From NCBI GenBank assembly GCA_029762535.1, contig JARVGK010000006.1:78703-113849 (forward strand): a stretch of DNA of 35,147 bases, written 5' to 3'. How positions within the stretch are numbered: the stretch's first letter is position 1; each line of letters opens with the position of its first letter. Below the pieces are notes generated by a model, which had not been told where the DNA came from, searched no databases, and worked only from the letters and a program-made list of their open reading frames with translations. This document shows positions 7,301 through 17,300 of the stretch, piece after piece. The translations under genes and the position numbers were made by a program. Source of the stretch: Thermoplasmatota archaeon. Lineage in GTDB: Archaea; Thermoplasmatota; Penumbrarchaeia; Penumbrarchaeales; Penumbrarchaeaceae.

Positions 7301-7750
7301 GGGCACGCCCATCATGGATTCGAACCCGATGATCGCCTCCCCCGCATCGTGGGGAGGATCATAGACCTCGAGAATGACCCTTCCCTTGATCACTCCCTCG
7401 CGCACTGGCTCCTCCTTATCCATCATGAAATGGTACTGGGTCCCGTTCCTGTCGAACTCGATGTTCCTGTTGATGGGTATGTATCCCTGCGCGAGGACCG
7501 TTATCTTGTGCGATCCGAAGGCGATGTCGCGGAACGTCGCGGTCCCGTCCTTCAAAGTGTACCATACCACCTCATCGTCTATCCATACCATGGCGTTCTC
7601 TATCGGATCCTGGGTCCCGGACTCCGTAACGAGTACGTGAAAATAACCGGTATCCGCCCCATCCGCTCCTATAGGCAGGAGGGATATGACGGAGATCCCC
7701 ATCATGAGGACGCAAAGCAAGCTGAAATATGCCGAAAAACGATTCTTCAT
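4352..7750 (-). CDS. Large surface protein with tandem carboxypeptidase-regulatory-like (prealbumin/PEGA-type) beta-sandwich domains and C-terminal membrane anchor
   Basis: SD GGGTGA before ATG 7750 (MKNRFS, signal peptide). Repeated G-x-V-x-D...PI-x-N/G-A-x-V...TD-x-x-G-x-Y units, a ~206-aa internal duplication, and a Gly/Ala-rich TM helix followed by KKGK. Confidence 0.85.
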   Translation of the reverse strand: MKNRFSAYFSLLCVLMMGISVISLLPIGADGADTGYFHVLVTESGTQDPIENAMVWIDDEVVWYTLKDGTATFRDIAFGSHKITVLAQGYIPINRNIEFDRNGTQYHFMMDKEEPVREGVIKGRVILEVYDPPHDAGEAIIGFESMMGVPMPGIVDVFATDDPLIGEYFVIVAPGDHHLWCFAHGHVPSHSPTLSVHAGEVVYHDFIMKYTGMHNSGLTGNVTDGVTGVPIGNATIMATNGIATLTTITDAHGFYFFAGPDAGTYTVLGAASGYYPASGSGTVNWGEITYVDLELKPSQEDQTVLWGFVYGDGTPLPTAQVFSDVPHVVGTNTMGIAGLYVIEDFPGDMDHIVGATAAGFFPQSTMVNVPTGTIQRQDFYLQKGSEREFAVVIASVWENGTGVELNDSTINLVHSYGYFSDSVNTGPSSNVHIWVGIPAWGLYWINSVHPGYHMVGFDHHPGPVVMGALNLTSSEVNIVKLFMEKEEGEDRTSIWGYVTSAAFGTAISGCPILDITTSMTVFSTTDGSGFYHEHVSPGTYTHIALPSGGYSMMNYDHATGIWGWGPWTGTVAPGESRQVDYVIKEQKESFLIAGQVVYHGSGAPVAGFDVEALGPSTPTMHETTPASGFFLFSPLWDPGSWTVDGSHPGLYVVDVEYHLMVGGPTTSSSTLPVMFNMSVPDAMWVRISVQQEVPNNRTRIWGYVYVGAIGGPIVPSCPILDITSSMTLFDVTDSTGHYDRIVTPGDFTLTPLAVGGYSIMAYDWTTGVVSAAPWSGTVLPGTSRHVDFLLKQDREAAVIAGQVTMYGTGDPVDGFTVGANSGTLTYTQSTPASGLFFFSPIYLFSNWQISGFHPSLSVLEVKYYLYPGGASTTSTTLPVTFPLSSSQIMWVDITVGEGQQKPGKLHGKVFKLYTYAPGAGSTVEIYQMPGMVLTYTLTADTNGNYGQVLMPGDYYVKASLSGYAPGSALVNVPSASSIYQPLYLTPRIPIPVPLNITVKFVEKDNNTPMKDLKIEVIGIGGFVTDDEGLVTFGIPEEGEYTINIAAAHAVLYDENGNEIGPLNAPVKLEMNRTYTAKVTLYQRILVDNPTTGGTRGVSAAMMGGGVAAALLIGGLVGFALRGGSKKGKFDEE

Positions 7751-7859
7751 GCTATCACCCGCTCCGCTGCCATTATCGCGGAGGTAGGATTCCATCTGTA
7801 AAATCATTATTATAATTTTCCGTACAGGTCGCATATTATGAAATTATGGTTTTTCGTGA

Positions 7860-8699
7860 TCACAGGCTCAATAACTTCCTTATCCCCTTCTTTTTTTCCA
7901 CGGCGCTTCTCCTGCCCATCTTGATGGCCTCCGCCGACCGATCGAAATCCAGGAACCCGATGTCCCCTACCCTTGGCTGTATCAGTATATCAGGGGGATC
8001 CTCCTTGAGCTTCATTCGTGAGATCGTGCGCTCCATGATGTAGAGGGAGTCCATCATCATGTGGAAGATATCTGGTATGTTCTTTTTCCCCCCCATGATC
8101 CTACTCTCTATCAGTTTCATGAACCGGCCCCTCTCCACCTTCTCCCTTTCGAGGACGTAGTGGTTGAGATCAACGGCGATGACCATATCCGCCCCCAGGG
8201 CCCTTACCGCGCTGACGGGAACTGGGTTCACCACTCCGCCGTCGATGAGGATCCGGTCGCCTATCCTGACCGGGGTCACAAGCCCGGGCACCGCTATCGA
8301 GGCTCTCACCGCATCTGCCAGCGGTCCTCTGTCCATCACAATTTCCTCACCGGTCTGATGATCACAGCAAACTGAGGAATATCCAACATCGAGGTCCTCT
8401 ATTAGCCGATCCCCAAGCTGTGCCATGAAGAAGTCCTTGACCCTCTTACCGTTGACCAGTCCCGATATGGGAATGGACGGATCGAAGAACATAAGGAGGT
8501 TCCATACGTCCATGGAGAGAGCGTAGTCCTTCATTTCCCGATGTTTGCCGGCGGCGAATCCGGCTCCGACCAGCGCTCCTATGGATGTTCCGGATATGCA
8601 GTCTATCTCGACCCCCATCTCAAGGAGGGAATCGATGACCCCTATATGTGCGAGACCCCTCGCCGATCCTCCACCCAGAGCCAGTCCTATCTTGACCAT
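7860..8699 (-). CDS. Patatin-like phospholipase (RssA/NTE family)
   Basis: LALGGGSARGLAHIG oxyanion motif, GTSIG nucleophile, ASIAVPG and DGG catalytic Asp. Start placed at MVKIGLALGGG (8699) after GAAGGGGA. Confidence 0.92.
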   Translation of the reverse strand: MVKIGLALGGGSARGLAHIGVIDSLLEMGVEIDCISGTSIGALVGAGFAAGKHREMKDYALSMDVWNLLMFFDPSIPISGLVNGKRVKDFFMAQLGDRLIEDLDVGYSSVCCDHQTGEEIVMDRGPLADAVRASIAVPGLVTPVRIGDRILIDGGVVNPVPVSAVRALGADMVIAVDLNHYVLEREKVERGRFMKLIESRIMGGKKNIPDIFHMMMDSLYIMERTISRMKLKEDPPDILIQPRVGDIGFLDFDRSAEAIKMGRRSAVEKKKGIRKLLSL

Positions 8700-8712
8700 G
8701 GTCCGATCCCCT

Positions 8713-9075
8713 TCAATTATCTCTCTCAACGGGTTCGGTCTCCCTGCGGTAATCGTCCTCGTACCGAACGATATCGTCCTCCTCGAGCACATCCCCGAAT
8801 TGGACCTCGACAACGATCAATTCGCCCTCACCAGGGTTCTCCAGACGATGCCTGCTCCCCAGCGGCACATCGACGAACTCACCTTGAGCGACGAACCACT
8901 CCTCTCCATCAAGGATGATTCTGCCCCTCCCCCTTAGAATGTACCATCTCTCGCTCCTGTGGGCGTGTGATTGATAGCTCAATCTGTGTCCCGAACCTAC
9001 CTCGAGCACCTTTACCTTGTATCCGAGCCCTTCGTAGACCACGATGAAGCTCCCCCAGGGCCTGTCTTCCTTCAT
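8713..9075 (-). CDS. Stand-alone cupin of the phosphomannose isomerase type II C-terminal family
   Basis: RPWGSF, RLSYQSHAHRSE, HRLENPG, EVQFG and EDDIVRYEDDY. TATA box CTTATATT at 9098-9105. Confidence 0.9.
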   Translation of the reverse strand: MKEDRPWGSFIVVYEGLGYKVKVLEVGSGHRLSYQSHAHRSERWYILRGRGRIILDGEEWFVAQGEFVDVPLGSRHRLENPGEGELIVVEVQFGDVLEEDDIVRYEDDYRRETEPVERDN

Positions 9076-9185
9076 GTTATGACACCGTTAATGGGGTAAT
9101 ATAAGAACTGATATTCATTGATTATCCATCGATATGTATCCTCAGATTAGAAAACAATAATAAGCCGTCCATTATTCGCATGCTC

Positions 9186-10352
9186 ATGCCGAGGAAGAGA
9201 ACCTACAAATTCACATCAGAATCGGTTACCGAGGGCCACCCCGACAAGATGGCGGACCAGATCTCGGATGCCCTCCTCGATGAGATGATAAGGCAGGACA
9301 GCAGATGCAGGGTGGCCCTGGAGACCTTTCTAACTACCGGGCTGGCATTCGTGGCGGGTGAGGTATCGACATCGGCCTACGTCGATGTCCCTACCGTGAT
9401 CCGTGAAACGGTGAAGGATATCGGGTACACGGATCCGAAACTGGGTTTCGACCACAATTCCTGCGCGGTGATCACGAGCATTCACGAACAGTCCGAGGAC
9501 ATAAAAAAAGGCATCGACAGGGGACGTCCGGAGTTGCAAGGAGCGGGGGATCAGGGACTGATGTTCGGTTACGCTTCGAACGAAACCGATACCCTCATGC
9601 CCATGCCAATTACGCTGGCTCATCAGATAACCAGGAAGCTTGCAGAGGTCAGGAAGAATAACGTGATCGACAATATCGGTCCCGACGGGAAGTCGCAGGT
9701 GACGGTGGAGTATTCCCAGGGAAGACCGCAGGCGGTAACCGATGTCGTGGTCGCGGCGCAGCACAGTGATGGGATCGACGTTGAGAGATTGAGGAGGGAG
9801 ATCGTGGATAATGTTATATTGCCCTCTATCCCCCAGGAACTGATACGGGATGATATCAGATATCATATAAACGAGACCGGCAGCTTCGTACTGGGTGGGC
9901 CGCACGCCGATACGGGATTGACGGGCAGAAAGATCATCGTAGATACCTACGGAGGCGTCGGATCCCACGGTGGGGGTGCTTTCTCGGGCAAGGACCCTTC
10001 CAAGGTCGATCGCTCGGGGTCCTACATGGCCAGGTACATAGCGAAGAACCTCGTTGCGTCCGGTGTGTGCCGTAAGGCCGAGGTTCAGATAGCATACGCA
10101 ATAGGAGTGGCCAACCCCGTCTCCGTCATGATAGACACCTTCAGGTCGTCCCTGGTTCCCGAGGAGGAGCTCGAGGAGATCGTCAAACGCTGTTTCGACA
10201 TGAGGCCGGGGATGATCATCAAGGACCTGGACCTTCTGAGGCCCATATACCGCAAGACCGCATGCTACGGTCATTTCGGAAGGGATGACCCCGATCTCAC
10301 ATGGGAGAGGACGGACAGGGCGAAAGATATATGGAAAGAGGCGGGAATATGA
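9186..10352 (+). CDS. metK: Methionine adenosyltransferase, bacterial/eukaryotic type
   Basis: [56 protein letters not shown] and YGHFG. Start 9186 is preferred over 9180 because AATAATAA (9156-9163) then sits at -30..-23. Confidence 0.97.
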   Translation: MPRKRTYKFTSESVTEGHPDKMADQISDALLDEMIRQDSRCRVALETFLTTGLAFVAGEVSTSAYVDVPTVIRETVKDIGYTDPKLGFDHNSCAVITSIHEQSEDIKKGIDRGRPELQGAGDQGLMFGYASNETDTLMPMPITLAHQITRKLAEVRKNNVIDNIGPDGKSQVTVEYSQGRPQAVTDVVVAAQHSDGIDVERLRREIVDNVILPSIPQELIRDDIRYHINETGSFVLGGPHADTGLTGRKIIVDTYGGVGSHGGGAFSGKDPSKVDRSGSYMARYIAKNLVASGVCRKAEVQIAYAIGVANPVSVMIDTFRSSLVPEEELEEIVKRCFDMRPGMIIKDLDLLRPIYRKTACYGHFGRDDPDLTWERTDRAKDIWKEAGI

Positions 10353-11575
10353 GCGTGTCGCGAGGGGAGCAGAAATTATCCTGGGCCCGGGTCCACATGC
10401 CGGTACTCAAAGAACTTGGGGATAGGATCAGAACACAGGGCAGCCTGAGAGGAGTGAGGATCTCGATGGCATTACACACCGAGGCGAAGACCGGCGTCCT
10501 CGCCCTCACCCTGGCCAGGGCTGGCGCCCATGTCCGGCTCGCTTCATGCAATCCTTTGTCCACGGACGATGACATACCGGTTGCTTTGGCATCGGCGGAT
10601 GTGGAAGGTTCCCTTCAGGTCAGGGCAAGGAAGGACCAGAGCAGGGACGAATACTATGAGGCACTGAACTGGTCACTGGACCAGGGTCCGGGGATAGTGA
10701 TCGATGACGGGGGAGATATCGTGAGGCTTCTCCACACCCAGAGGGAGGATGTCGTCGAAGGGGTGAACGGAGGCTGCGAGGAGACCACCACAGGCATAGT
10801 AAGGCTCAGGGCGATGCATAAACAAGGGGTTCTCAAGTTCCCCATGATCGACATAAACGACTGCATGATGAAGCATCTATTTGACAATAGGTATGGTACG
10901 GGGCAGTCCACCTTGGACGGGATAATGGCTTCCACCAATCTCTGTCTGGCATCAATGCGATGCGTCGTCGCCGGTTACGGATGGTGCGGCAAGGGTATCG
11001 CCATGAGGCTGAAGGGTATGGGGGCCAGGGTAACGGTGGCCGAGGTGGATCCCGTTAAGGCCGTTGAGGCGTTGATGGACGGTTTCGAAGTCTCTCCGAT
11101 GGAAAAGGCCGCTTCGGGATCCGATCTGATCATCACGGCGACCGGGTGCAAGGACGTCGTCCACAAAGGCGTTATCGACCGGCTTAAGAACGGGTGCGTA
11201 CTGGCCAACGCCGGGCATTTCGACAACGAGATCCAGGTGACCTATTTAGAGGATCATCCTTCATATAATGCCAGGCCAGGGGTCAAAGGGTATGAACTGA
11301 AAGAAAGGGAAGTGTTCCTCCTGTCCCAGGGCAGGCTTGTGAACCTCGCAGCGGGTCAAGGGCACCCTGTTGAGATAATGGACCTAAGCTTCGCCCTTCA
11401 GGCCTCTGGAGCCCAGTACATAGCCTTGAACTCCCTGGAACCGGGAGTGCACCCCCTACCACCGGAGATAGACCGAGATGTGGCCCTTCTAAAGCTGGGA
11501 TCGATGGGATCGCGGATCGACACCCTCACGCCGGAGCAGGTACGCTATCTGAATTCCTGGGATGAGGGTACATGA
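10349..11575 (+). CDS. ahcY: Adenosylhomocysteinase
   Basis: [76 protein letters not shown] overlap with the metK stop. Confidence 0.97.
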   Translation: MSVSRGEQKLSWARVHMPVLKELGDRIRTQGSLRGVRISMALHTEAKTGVLALTLARAGAHVRLASCNPLSTDDDIPVALASADVEGSLQVRARKDQSRDEYYEALNWSLDQGPGIVIDDGGDIVRLLHTQREDVVEGVNGGCEETTTGIVRLRAMHKQGVLKFPMIDINDCMMKHLFDNRYGTGQSTLDGIMASTNLCLASMRCVVAGYGWCGKGIAMRLKGMGARVTVAEVDPVKAVEALMDGFEVSPMEKAASGSDLIITATGCKDVVHKGVIDRLKNGCVLANAGHFDNEIQVTYLEDHPSYNARPGVKGYELKEREVFLLSQGRLVNLAAGQGHPVEIMDLSFALQASGAQYIALNSLEPGVHPLPPEIDRDVALLKLGSMGSRIDTLTPEQVRYLNSWDEGT

Positions 11576-11627
11576 ACCATGATCAGATTATGAAAGCTTA
11601 ATAATCATCAGAATATCTCATGGACAG

Positions 11628-12650
11628 ATGCTTTGCCTGAGATGCGGAGTTCATGAACAGTTCCACGATAATCTATGCAGGGACTGCCTGATCTCGGCCT
11701 ACGACCCTTTCCATATCGCGAGCGTGATACACGGCACCGTGTGTCCGGATTGCAACAAGGTCCTCAGGAACAAGACCTGGGCGGACTGCCAGGGCTCCGC
11801 CATGGAAGCAGCGGTCCAGATAGCGATGTGGGAGGTCGAACAGAAGAGCGATCTGAAGAACGTTGCAGTGGAATTCTCCTGCGACAGGTTCGATAAGAAC
11901 GTCTATTTCCTATCGGGAGAGGGCAGAGGCTCTTACATGGGGATAATGGTAATGAAGCCCCTGACAACGGAGGTTAGGCTGACACCCAACCTTTGTGTCT
12001 ACTGTTCAAGGCGAAGCGGCAACTATTACGAGGCGATCCTACAGCTCAGGGGAATAGATGCCTTGGACCCTGACCAGCAGCGGAATATCGTTGACTGGAT
12101 CATCGACGAGGTATTGCTCCAGTCTAGAAAGGACCCCAATGTATTCGTGACCAGGGATGAGAAGGTCAGGGGTGGACACGATTTCTACATGGGAAACAAT
12201 TCCTTCGCCAGGCAGATCGCCATAAGGATCCACGATCAATACGGAGGGGAGATGAAGGTATCCAAGACCCTCTTCACCAGAAAGGATGGTAGGGACATAT
12301 ACAGGGTGACCTACCTGGTCAGGCTCCCGGGTTTCGTTCCAGGGGACTATCTATCAGGGGATGGATCCATATACAAGGTCAAACGGATCCATTCACGTGT
12401 CAAGGTCATAGATGTCGCTTCTGGCAGGGAAGAGCATCTGCCAATGGACGATGCGATGAGGATGACAAGGCTCTCTCCTGGCTCTGTCGAGGTCGATGCC
12501 GTGGTCCTATCGGAGGGCAGATCGGAGATACAGGTCCTGGACCCAGTATCGATGAGGACCAGGGATGTGATCCTGCCCGAAGGCTTTGTCAGGGAAGAGG
12601 GAGCGACCGTGAGATGCGCCCGCATCGATGACGAACTGTACCTCATCTAG
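11628..12650 (+). CDS. nmd3: Archaeal NMD3 family ribosome maturation protein
   Basis: Four CxxC pairs (CLRCG, CRDC, CPDC, CVYC), then GNYYEAILQLR, GGHDFYMG and RVTYLVRLP. TATA-like TTAATAAT at 11598-11605. Confidence 0.92.
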   Translation: MLCLRCGVHEQFHDNLCRDCLISAYDPFHIASVIHGTVCPDCNKVLRNKTWADCQGSAMEAAVQIAMWEVEQKSDLKNVAVEFSCDRFDKNVYFLSGEGRGSYMGIMVMKPLTTEVRLTPNLCVYCSRRSGNYYEAILQLRGIDALDPDQQRNIVDWIIDEVLLQSRKDPNVFVTRDEKVRGGHDFYMGNNSFARQIAIRIHDQYGGEMKVSKTLFTRKDGRDIYRVTYLVRLPGFVPGDYLSGDGSIYKVKRIHSRVKVIDVASGREEHLPMDDAMRMTRLSPGSVEVDAVVLSEGRSEIQVLDPVSMRTRDVILPEGFVREEGATVRCARIDDELYLI

Positions 12651-13492
12651 TTGACATCCAGCTTGAATATCGCGTTCCTTAGTATCAGCTGATCGATCCC
12701 GCTTACCGTTATCCTAATGGCATTGTTCCCATCGGCGTCCACGAAAGATGTGAAGCTCAGGTCACCGGCTGGTATACTCTCGTCCAGGGCCATTGCTCTG
12801 AAGTGGGCTTCCCATAACGAGCCATGCTCAGTGACCACTTCGATGACGAATGAGGCGGATGTGATGTCATAGGTTGCCATGACCTCTGAAAGAAGGGTCA
12901 TCCTGATCATGTAGGTCTCCGACCCCGAGTAGCTTCTCACATCTCCCTCGATCGTGGAGAGCAGAAGATACAGAACCCTCCTTCCGGTATTGAGGTCATC
13001 GTTCAGGACCATGTTGGGAGGGCCCTTCATCACGGAGCTTCCCGCCTGCTCCCTTATGAGCATACCTCCCTCCATCGATATCGTCTGATCGTCCACATAT
13101 GTGTTGAAGGAGCTGTAGGTGAGGCTGCCTCTTGCCCTGCCGTAGATGTTCCCGTCGCTGTCGTAGGCCAGCACGCTGCCGCTGTCCTGAAGGAGCTGCA
13201 GGTTACCAGTGCACCTTCCGAAGCCGAGCACGGGCCCGCCTCCCGAACCCAAAGTGATCTTGGTCGTCATCGACGTGCCGGCATCGCCCCTCACCGAAAG
13301 CTGGTCAACCGAGCTCTTCATATCCATGAACGAGTCCATGACCCCGTACAGGGTCTGGGCCTCAACGTCCTTGCCCCACGCCGGCAGGTAGGTCGAAAAG
13401 ACCATTCCCATCATCGATATTATGATCCCGGCGATCATCACCATCGATACGACGTTCGATACGCCGTTCTCGTCGGATATCCTCCTCATCAT
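12647..13492 (-). CDS. Archaeal type IV pilin-like protein (class III signal peptide)
   Basis: SD GGGGTGA then MMRRISDENG|VSNVVSMVMIAGIIISMMG. The start overlaps the upstream stop (ATGATGA). The ORF-track extension to 13660 overlaps the upstream gene and is rejected. Confidence 0.8.
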   Translation of the reverse strand: MMRRISDENGVSNVVSMVMIAGIIISMMGMVFSTYLPAWGKDVEAQTLYGVMDSFMDMKSSVDQLSVRGDAGTSMTTKITLGSGGGPVLGFGRCTGNLQLLQDSGSVLAYDSDGNIYGRARGSLTYSSFNTYVDDQTISMEGGMLIREQAGSSVMKGPPNMVLNDDLNTGRRVLYLLLSTIEGDVRSYSGSETYMIRMTLLSEVMATYDITSASFVIEVVTEHGSLWEAHFRAMALDESIPAGDLSFTSFVDADGNNAIRITVSGIDQLILRNAIFKLDVN

Positions 13493-14349
13493 ATGTTCAC
13501 CCCCATTACTCCCATGTCGTAGGAGATATACTGCATTGTGTCTATTCGGACCTCGAGGAACTGAGTCGTATCCTCCCAGTCCACAGGGTCCGTGAACGAA
13601 TAATGCACTCCGTTCACCAATCCCTTTCCGCCAAGAAATGAATCGAAATAGGCCTTCCAACTCTGCTCCGAGAACGAATTGATCCTAAGCATGATGGAGT
13701 CAGTGGCCTCGGACAGAGTCAGGGTCCTTGAGGTATAGCTCTGAAGGGAGACCTCGGCCGAAATGGATTCTATGCCAGAAACGGAAAAAGGCTCGCTCCC
13801 CAAGCCGTAGAAGGACAGGGCTATGCCCCATCCGGTAGGAGTCTCCCGCAGTTCAACCGAGGGAAAGGACGACATCGTGCGGTACCCGCTCTCATCGATG
13901 ATTATCGCCCCGCCCTCAAAGTAGTAGTCCTGGTCCTCGAAGTAGAACAGCTCGGAATCGTACTTGATCGAACCAGTGACGGTATCAAGCAGTATTTCAG
14001 AGCCTGTCGGACCAGCGTACAAAGAGCAGAAGAACCGATCCCGATCAGGCCTGACCTCAAGTGATCCGGAGGACCTGGCGACAGCAAGATAAGGGTTGCC
14101 GAATGTCCCTAGGGTAAGCCTGTTGACCACCGTGGTCCGGCTATCTTTCGCATCGAGAAGGGTGTACATCGAACCCCTCATGTTCAGAAGTGAATCCTCA
14201 ACATCGGAGATGTGCTCCATGTCCATCTCCTTGCCCTGGGCTTCGCCGTAGCTGATGAGAAGCCTCCCCCCCACGGACACCGCGAGGGAGAGGAGTATAA
14301 CGGCCGTGACCATCACGGCGTCCCCCCTGTCCGAAAGCAGCCTCTTCAA
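13489..14349 (-). CDS. Archaeal type IV pilin-like protein, paralog of the downstream gene
   Basis: SD GAAGGTGAT plus TTG. MKRLLSDRG|DAVMVTAVILLSLAV fits the [KR][GA]|[..D][..A] class III pattern. Aligns with its neighbour (GK-x-x-E/D...V-x-DS, I/LTLG, G-S-L/I-x-Y-x-S...DQ...EGG). Confidence 0.78.
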   Translation of the reverse strand: MKRLLSDRGDAVMVTAVILLSLAVSVGGRLLISYGEAQGKEMDMEHISDVEDSLLNMRGSMYTLLDAKDSRTTVVNRLTLGTFGNPYLAVARSSGSLEVRPDRDRFFCSLYAGPTGSEILLDTVTGSIKYDSELFYFEDQDYYFEGGAIIIDESGYRTMSSFPSVELRETPTGWGIALSFYGLGSEPFSVSGIESISAEVSLQSYTSRTLTLSEATDSIMLRINSFSEQSWKAYFDSFLGGKGLVNGVHYSFTDPVDWEDTTQFLEVRIDTMQYISYDMGVMGVNI

Positions 14350-14361
14350 GGAAGATCACCT

Positions 14362-17300
14362 TCAGGTCCTTCTCCTTATAATGACGGCTCCCATCAGGGC
14401 CGGTACCATCAGCAGAAGGAGGAGGAGAAGGGCGTATCCGCTTCCCACCCTGGCGGGATCTCCGATAGCGAATTGCTCCTCAATTTCGGCAGCAGGGGGA
14501 TCGATCCCGTCTTTGTGTTCTTCGAGGATAGGTTCGGTCAATGGGGTCATTACGGGAAGCGTCTCCTCATCATCGGTCCTTGATCCCTCGAGGGACTCTC
14601 CGAATAAGACCACGTTGTCCATGTATATGCCCTTGAACAGACCCGGATCCTCGAAATGCTGACCGTCGATGTTCGTCACTACCCTGAACCTGAGTATGAC
14701 GGTGTTCCCTATGAACCCGTCGAGGTTCGTTATCAGCCTGGCCAGGGAATGTGATGCGACCCAGTAGTTCCCTAAAGGCAGTCCGGTGAAGGATTTGCCG
14801 TCCCCGGGTACGCCGTCCGAGGCGTCGTTCTCCGTCCCCGAGACGCCCCAGGAGGTTCTGACACCGAGGCTCAGAGGGACCCAGCTGACACCGTTGTCCT
14901 TGCTGATCTCGACCCTGAAGCCGTCGGGAGGTCTGCCGGAGGCCGTCTGGATGTTGAACTTGAACTCGGCGTAAAGGTGTGCGGTCCTCGCGTTAGTGAG
15001 GTCGATGGGCCTCGTATAAAGGGAGTTGTCCACACCGTCCTTGAGATCGCCTCCCAGCGATGGATCCCCGCAGTACCAGGCCATTGTAGGTGCATTGTTC
15101 TTGTCGAGGGTGGAGACGTGGTTCCAGTTGTCCAATGAATCGTCCTTTCCCGTATTGTCAACGTCCGTGGATGTCTTCAACATCACATCGTCGATTATCC
15201 ACCCGTAGCCCGATCCCCCGTAGTTGTAGACGTACAGGAACTTTATCCTTATGTAATGGCCGACGAAATCGTTCAGATTTACCGAGATGAACTCCCAACC
15301 CATCGTCCCGCCCGCGCTCTTTCCGTTCCAACACCATCTCATGGGAACCCCGAAATCGTCCAGGTTAGTGACCCAGGAGCTTGTTAGTGTGTTCCCCGTA
15401 TAGGGCTGATCGGGCTGGATGTACAAGTATCTGTAGGAACCTTCAGGGAAGGCGTCGTCATCGGCTATGCCTATCTGGATCACTCCGCCGTTCGCTCCGA
15501 CCTTGAGGTTGTACTTGTGATAGAATGTCAGCGTCGCGTTGTCGACGTTCCTGAGGTCCAATGGTTTTGTCAGCAGCCACTTGTTCGTGTTCACGACCGA
15601 ACCGTCGGTCCAGGGATTGTTGGGATCGATCTCCGGGGCGCCTCCGCCGCCGCCGGATCCGCCTCCCCCCCCTCCTGAAGAGGTGTATTTGCTCAGGAAC
15701 AGCCTCTCGGGAGGAATGATCTGCTTGGGCTGGCTTGAGGAGGACCATGAAAGTTCGGCGACCGCACCGCCCCCGTTCTCGTAGTATTCCATCACGATCT
15801 TGTAGAGAACGTTCCCCTGAAGGGATATGGATCCCGATACCTCGTTGGGGCTCTTATCCCTCCAGTCATTTATTATCCTCACGTCGTTGACATAAAGCCT
15901 CACGCCGTCGTCCGTTCTCGTGTAGAAAGTGTAGGTCTCTGCGTAAAGAGGAAGGACATATCCAGTCCATCTGACCGCGACCCGATCGTTCTGGACTCCG
16001 CCCACGGAACCGGTCCCCCAGTTGTAGTTGACGTTGGGCTCGACCCTGACGAGCTCGAAGTTCTGGAACCCTGCGGAACCGCTCCAGGTGTAATACTCCG
16101 CCCTGAGACCGTTGCGGTCCCTCAAGGCGCTCTCGTACAGGTCCGTAACGTCGTTATCGGTCAGCCTGTAGTTGAATATCCTGAAATCGTCGAGGGATCC
16201 GTCGAGCCTGTAGTTCCAGTTGGAGCTGCCATCATGATAAGAGGTCCAGAGCCCTCCGGAGGCACCCATGAATATTCCACTCGTGTCGGATGCTATGTAT
16301 CCTCCGTAGTTCTGTGAATCCACAGGGACCGCGTCGATATACAGGGTCTGTGCTAAACCGTTCCCGTCGAACATGAACGTTATCAGGTGCCAGTTCGAGG
16401 TGTCCGAATAAGGCATCGATAACTCGCTGTTGGCCGAGAATGAGGACACCCATCGAGCGTAAAGCCTGTTGTTGTACAGATAAATGGTGAGGCCGTTGGT
16501 GGTGCCTCCCTGCCGATATATCACCTGCCTGTTCACGGTGTCGTCGGCCTTGATCCAGAAGGATATGCTCCTGGTCTGCATGTTCAGGTTGTCCAGTTGA
16601 AGGCTCGATGGGATCTTGATCTCGTTGTTCGCGTTCATGTCTATTGCGCCGGAGATCACTCCTGTGGTCACCCATTGATCGCTCCTGAGGACGTTCCCGT
16701 TATGACCAAAACCTGAGGCGTCGGCGGCCACGGTCGCTCCGAAGGCCTCGTCCAGCTTGTAGTATAGGACTTCTCCCGCCCGGGTATCGGCCCTTGTCGC
16801 CTGCTGGGCGAGGTTCTGGATCTCGACGAATATGTCATCGTATATTGTCTGCAGTTCGTTGGCTGTTGGAGCATAGTAATATTTACCCCTCCCTATGCTG
16901 TTGTATGAGGATTTGTGGGCTATCTGCCAGAGATCGTATTCGGTGGTGTGAGGAGACCAGCTCTGGCTCGGCGGCGTGGACCCTCCGTTGACGTATGTAG
17001 TGTCCCTGGGGCTGATGCCAAGTCCTATCGTGAATACATAGACCGGTGCATTGATCAACCCTGTTCGCATGTCATGGACGCTGTTTAGATTCACATAGGA
17101 CCCGCCTGAAGTGCTGGTCCTCCTGTAGATGTCGCGTCCAGCAACGCCCCACTCGTCGAGATACTGTTTTTGAGGATCCCCCCATCTCAGGCCGGACATG
17201 TCCCTTCGACCCCATGTCGTATCCGCATGGGACAAGCCCGCATCGGATCCGGGGGCATATCTCTCCGATCCTGTCTCCCGACCATTAGTTCCCCAGTCAT

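Noticed and set aside
9330-10274. Long antisense ORFs (this 314-aa one, 18484-19401, 6509-7186, 24429-25316 and others)
   Set aside because: These are shadow frames opposite well-supported genes, expected from codon bias. The Ser/Phe/Leu-rich ones mirror Glu/Lys-rich coiled coil.
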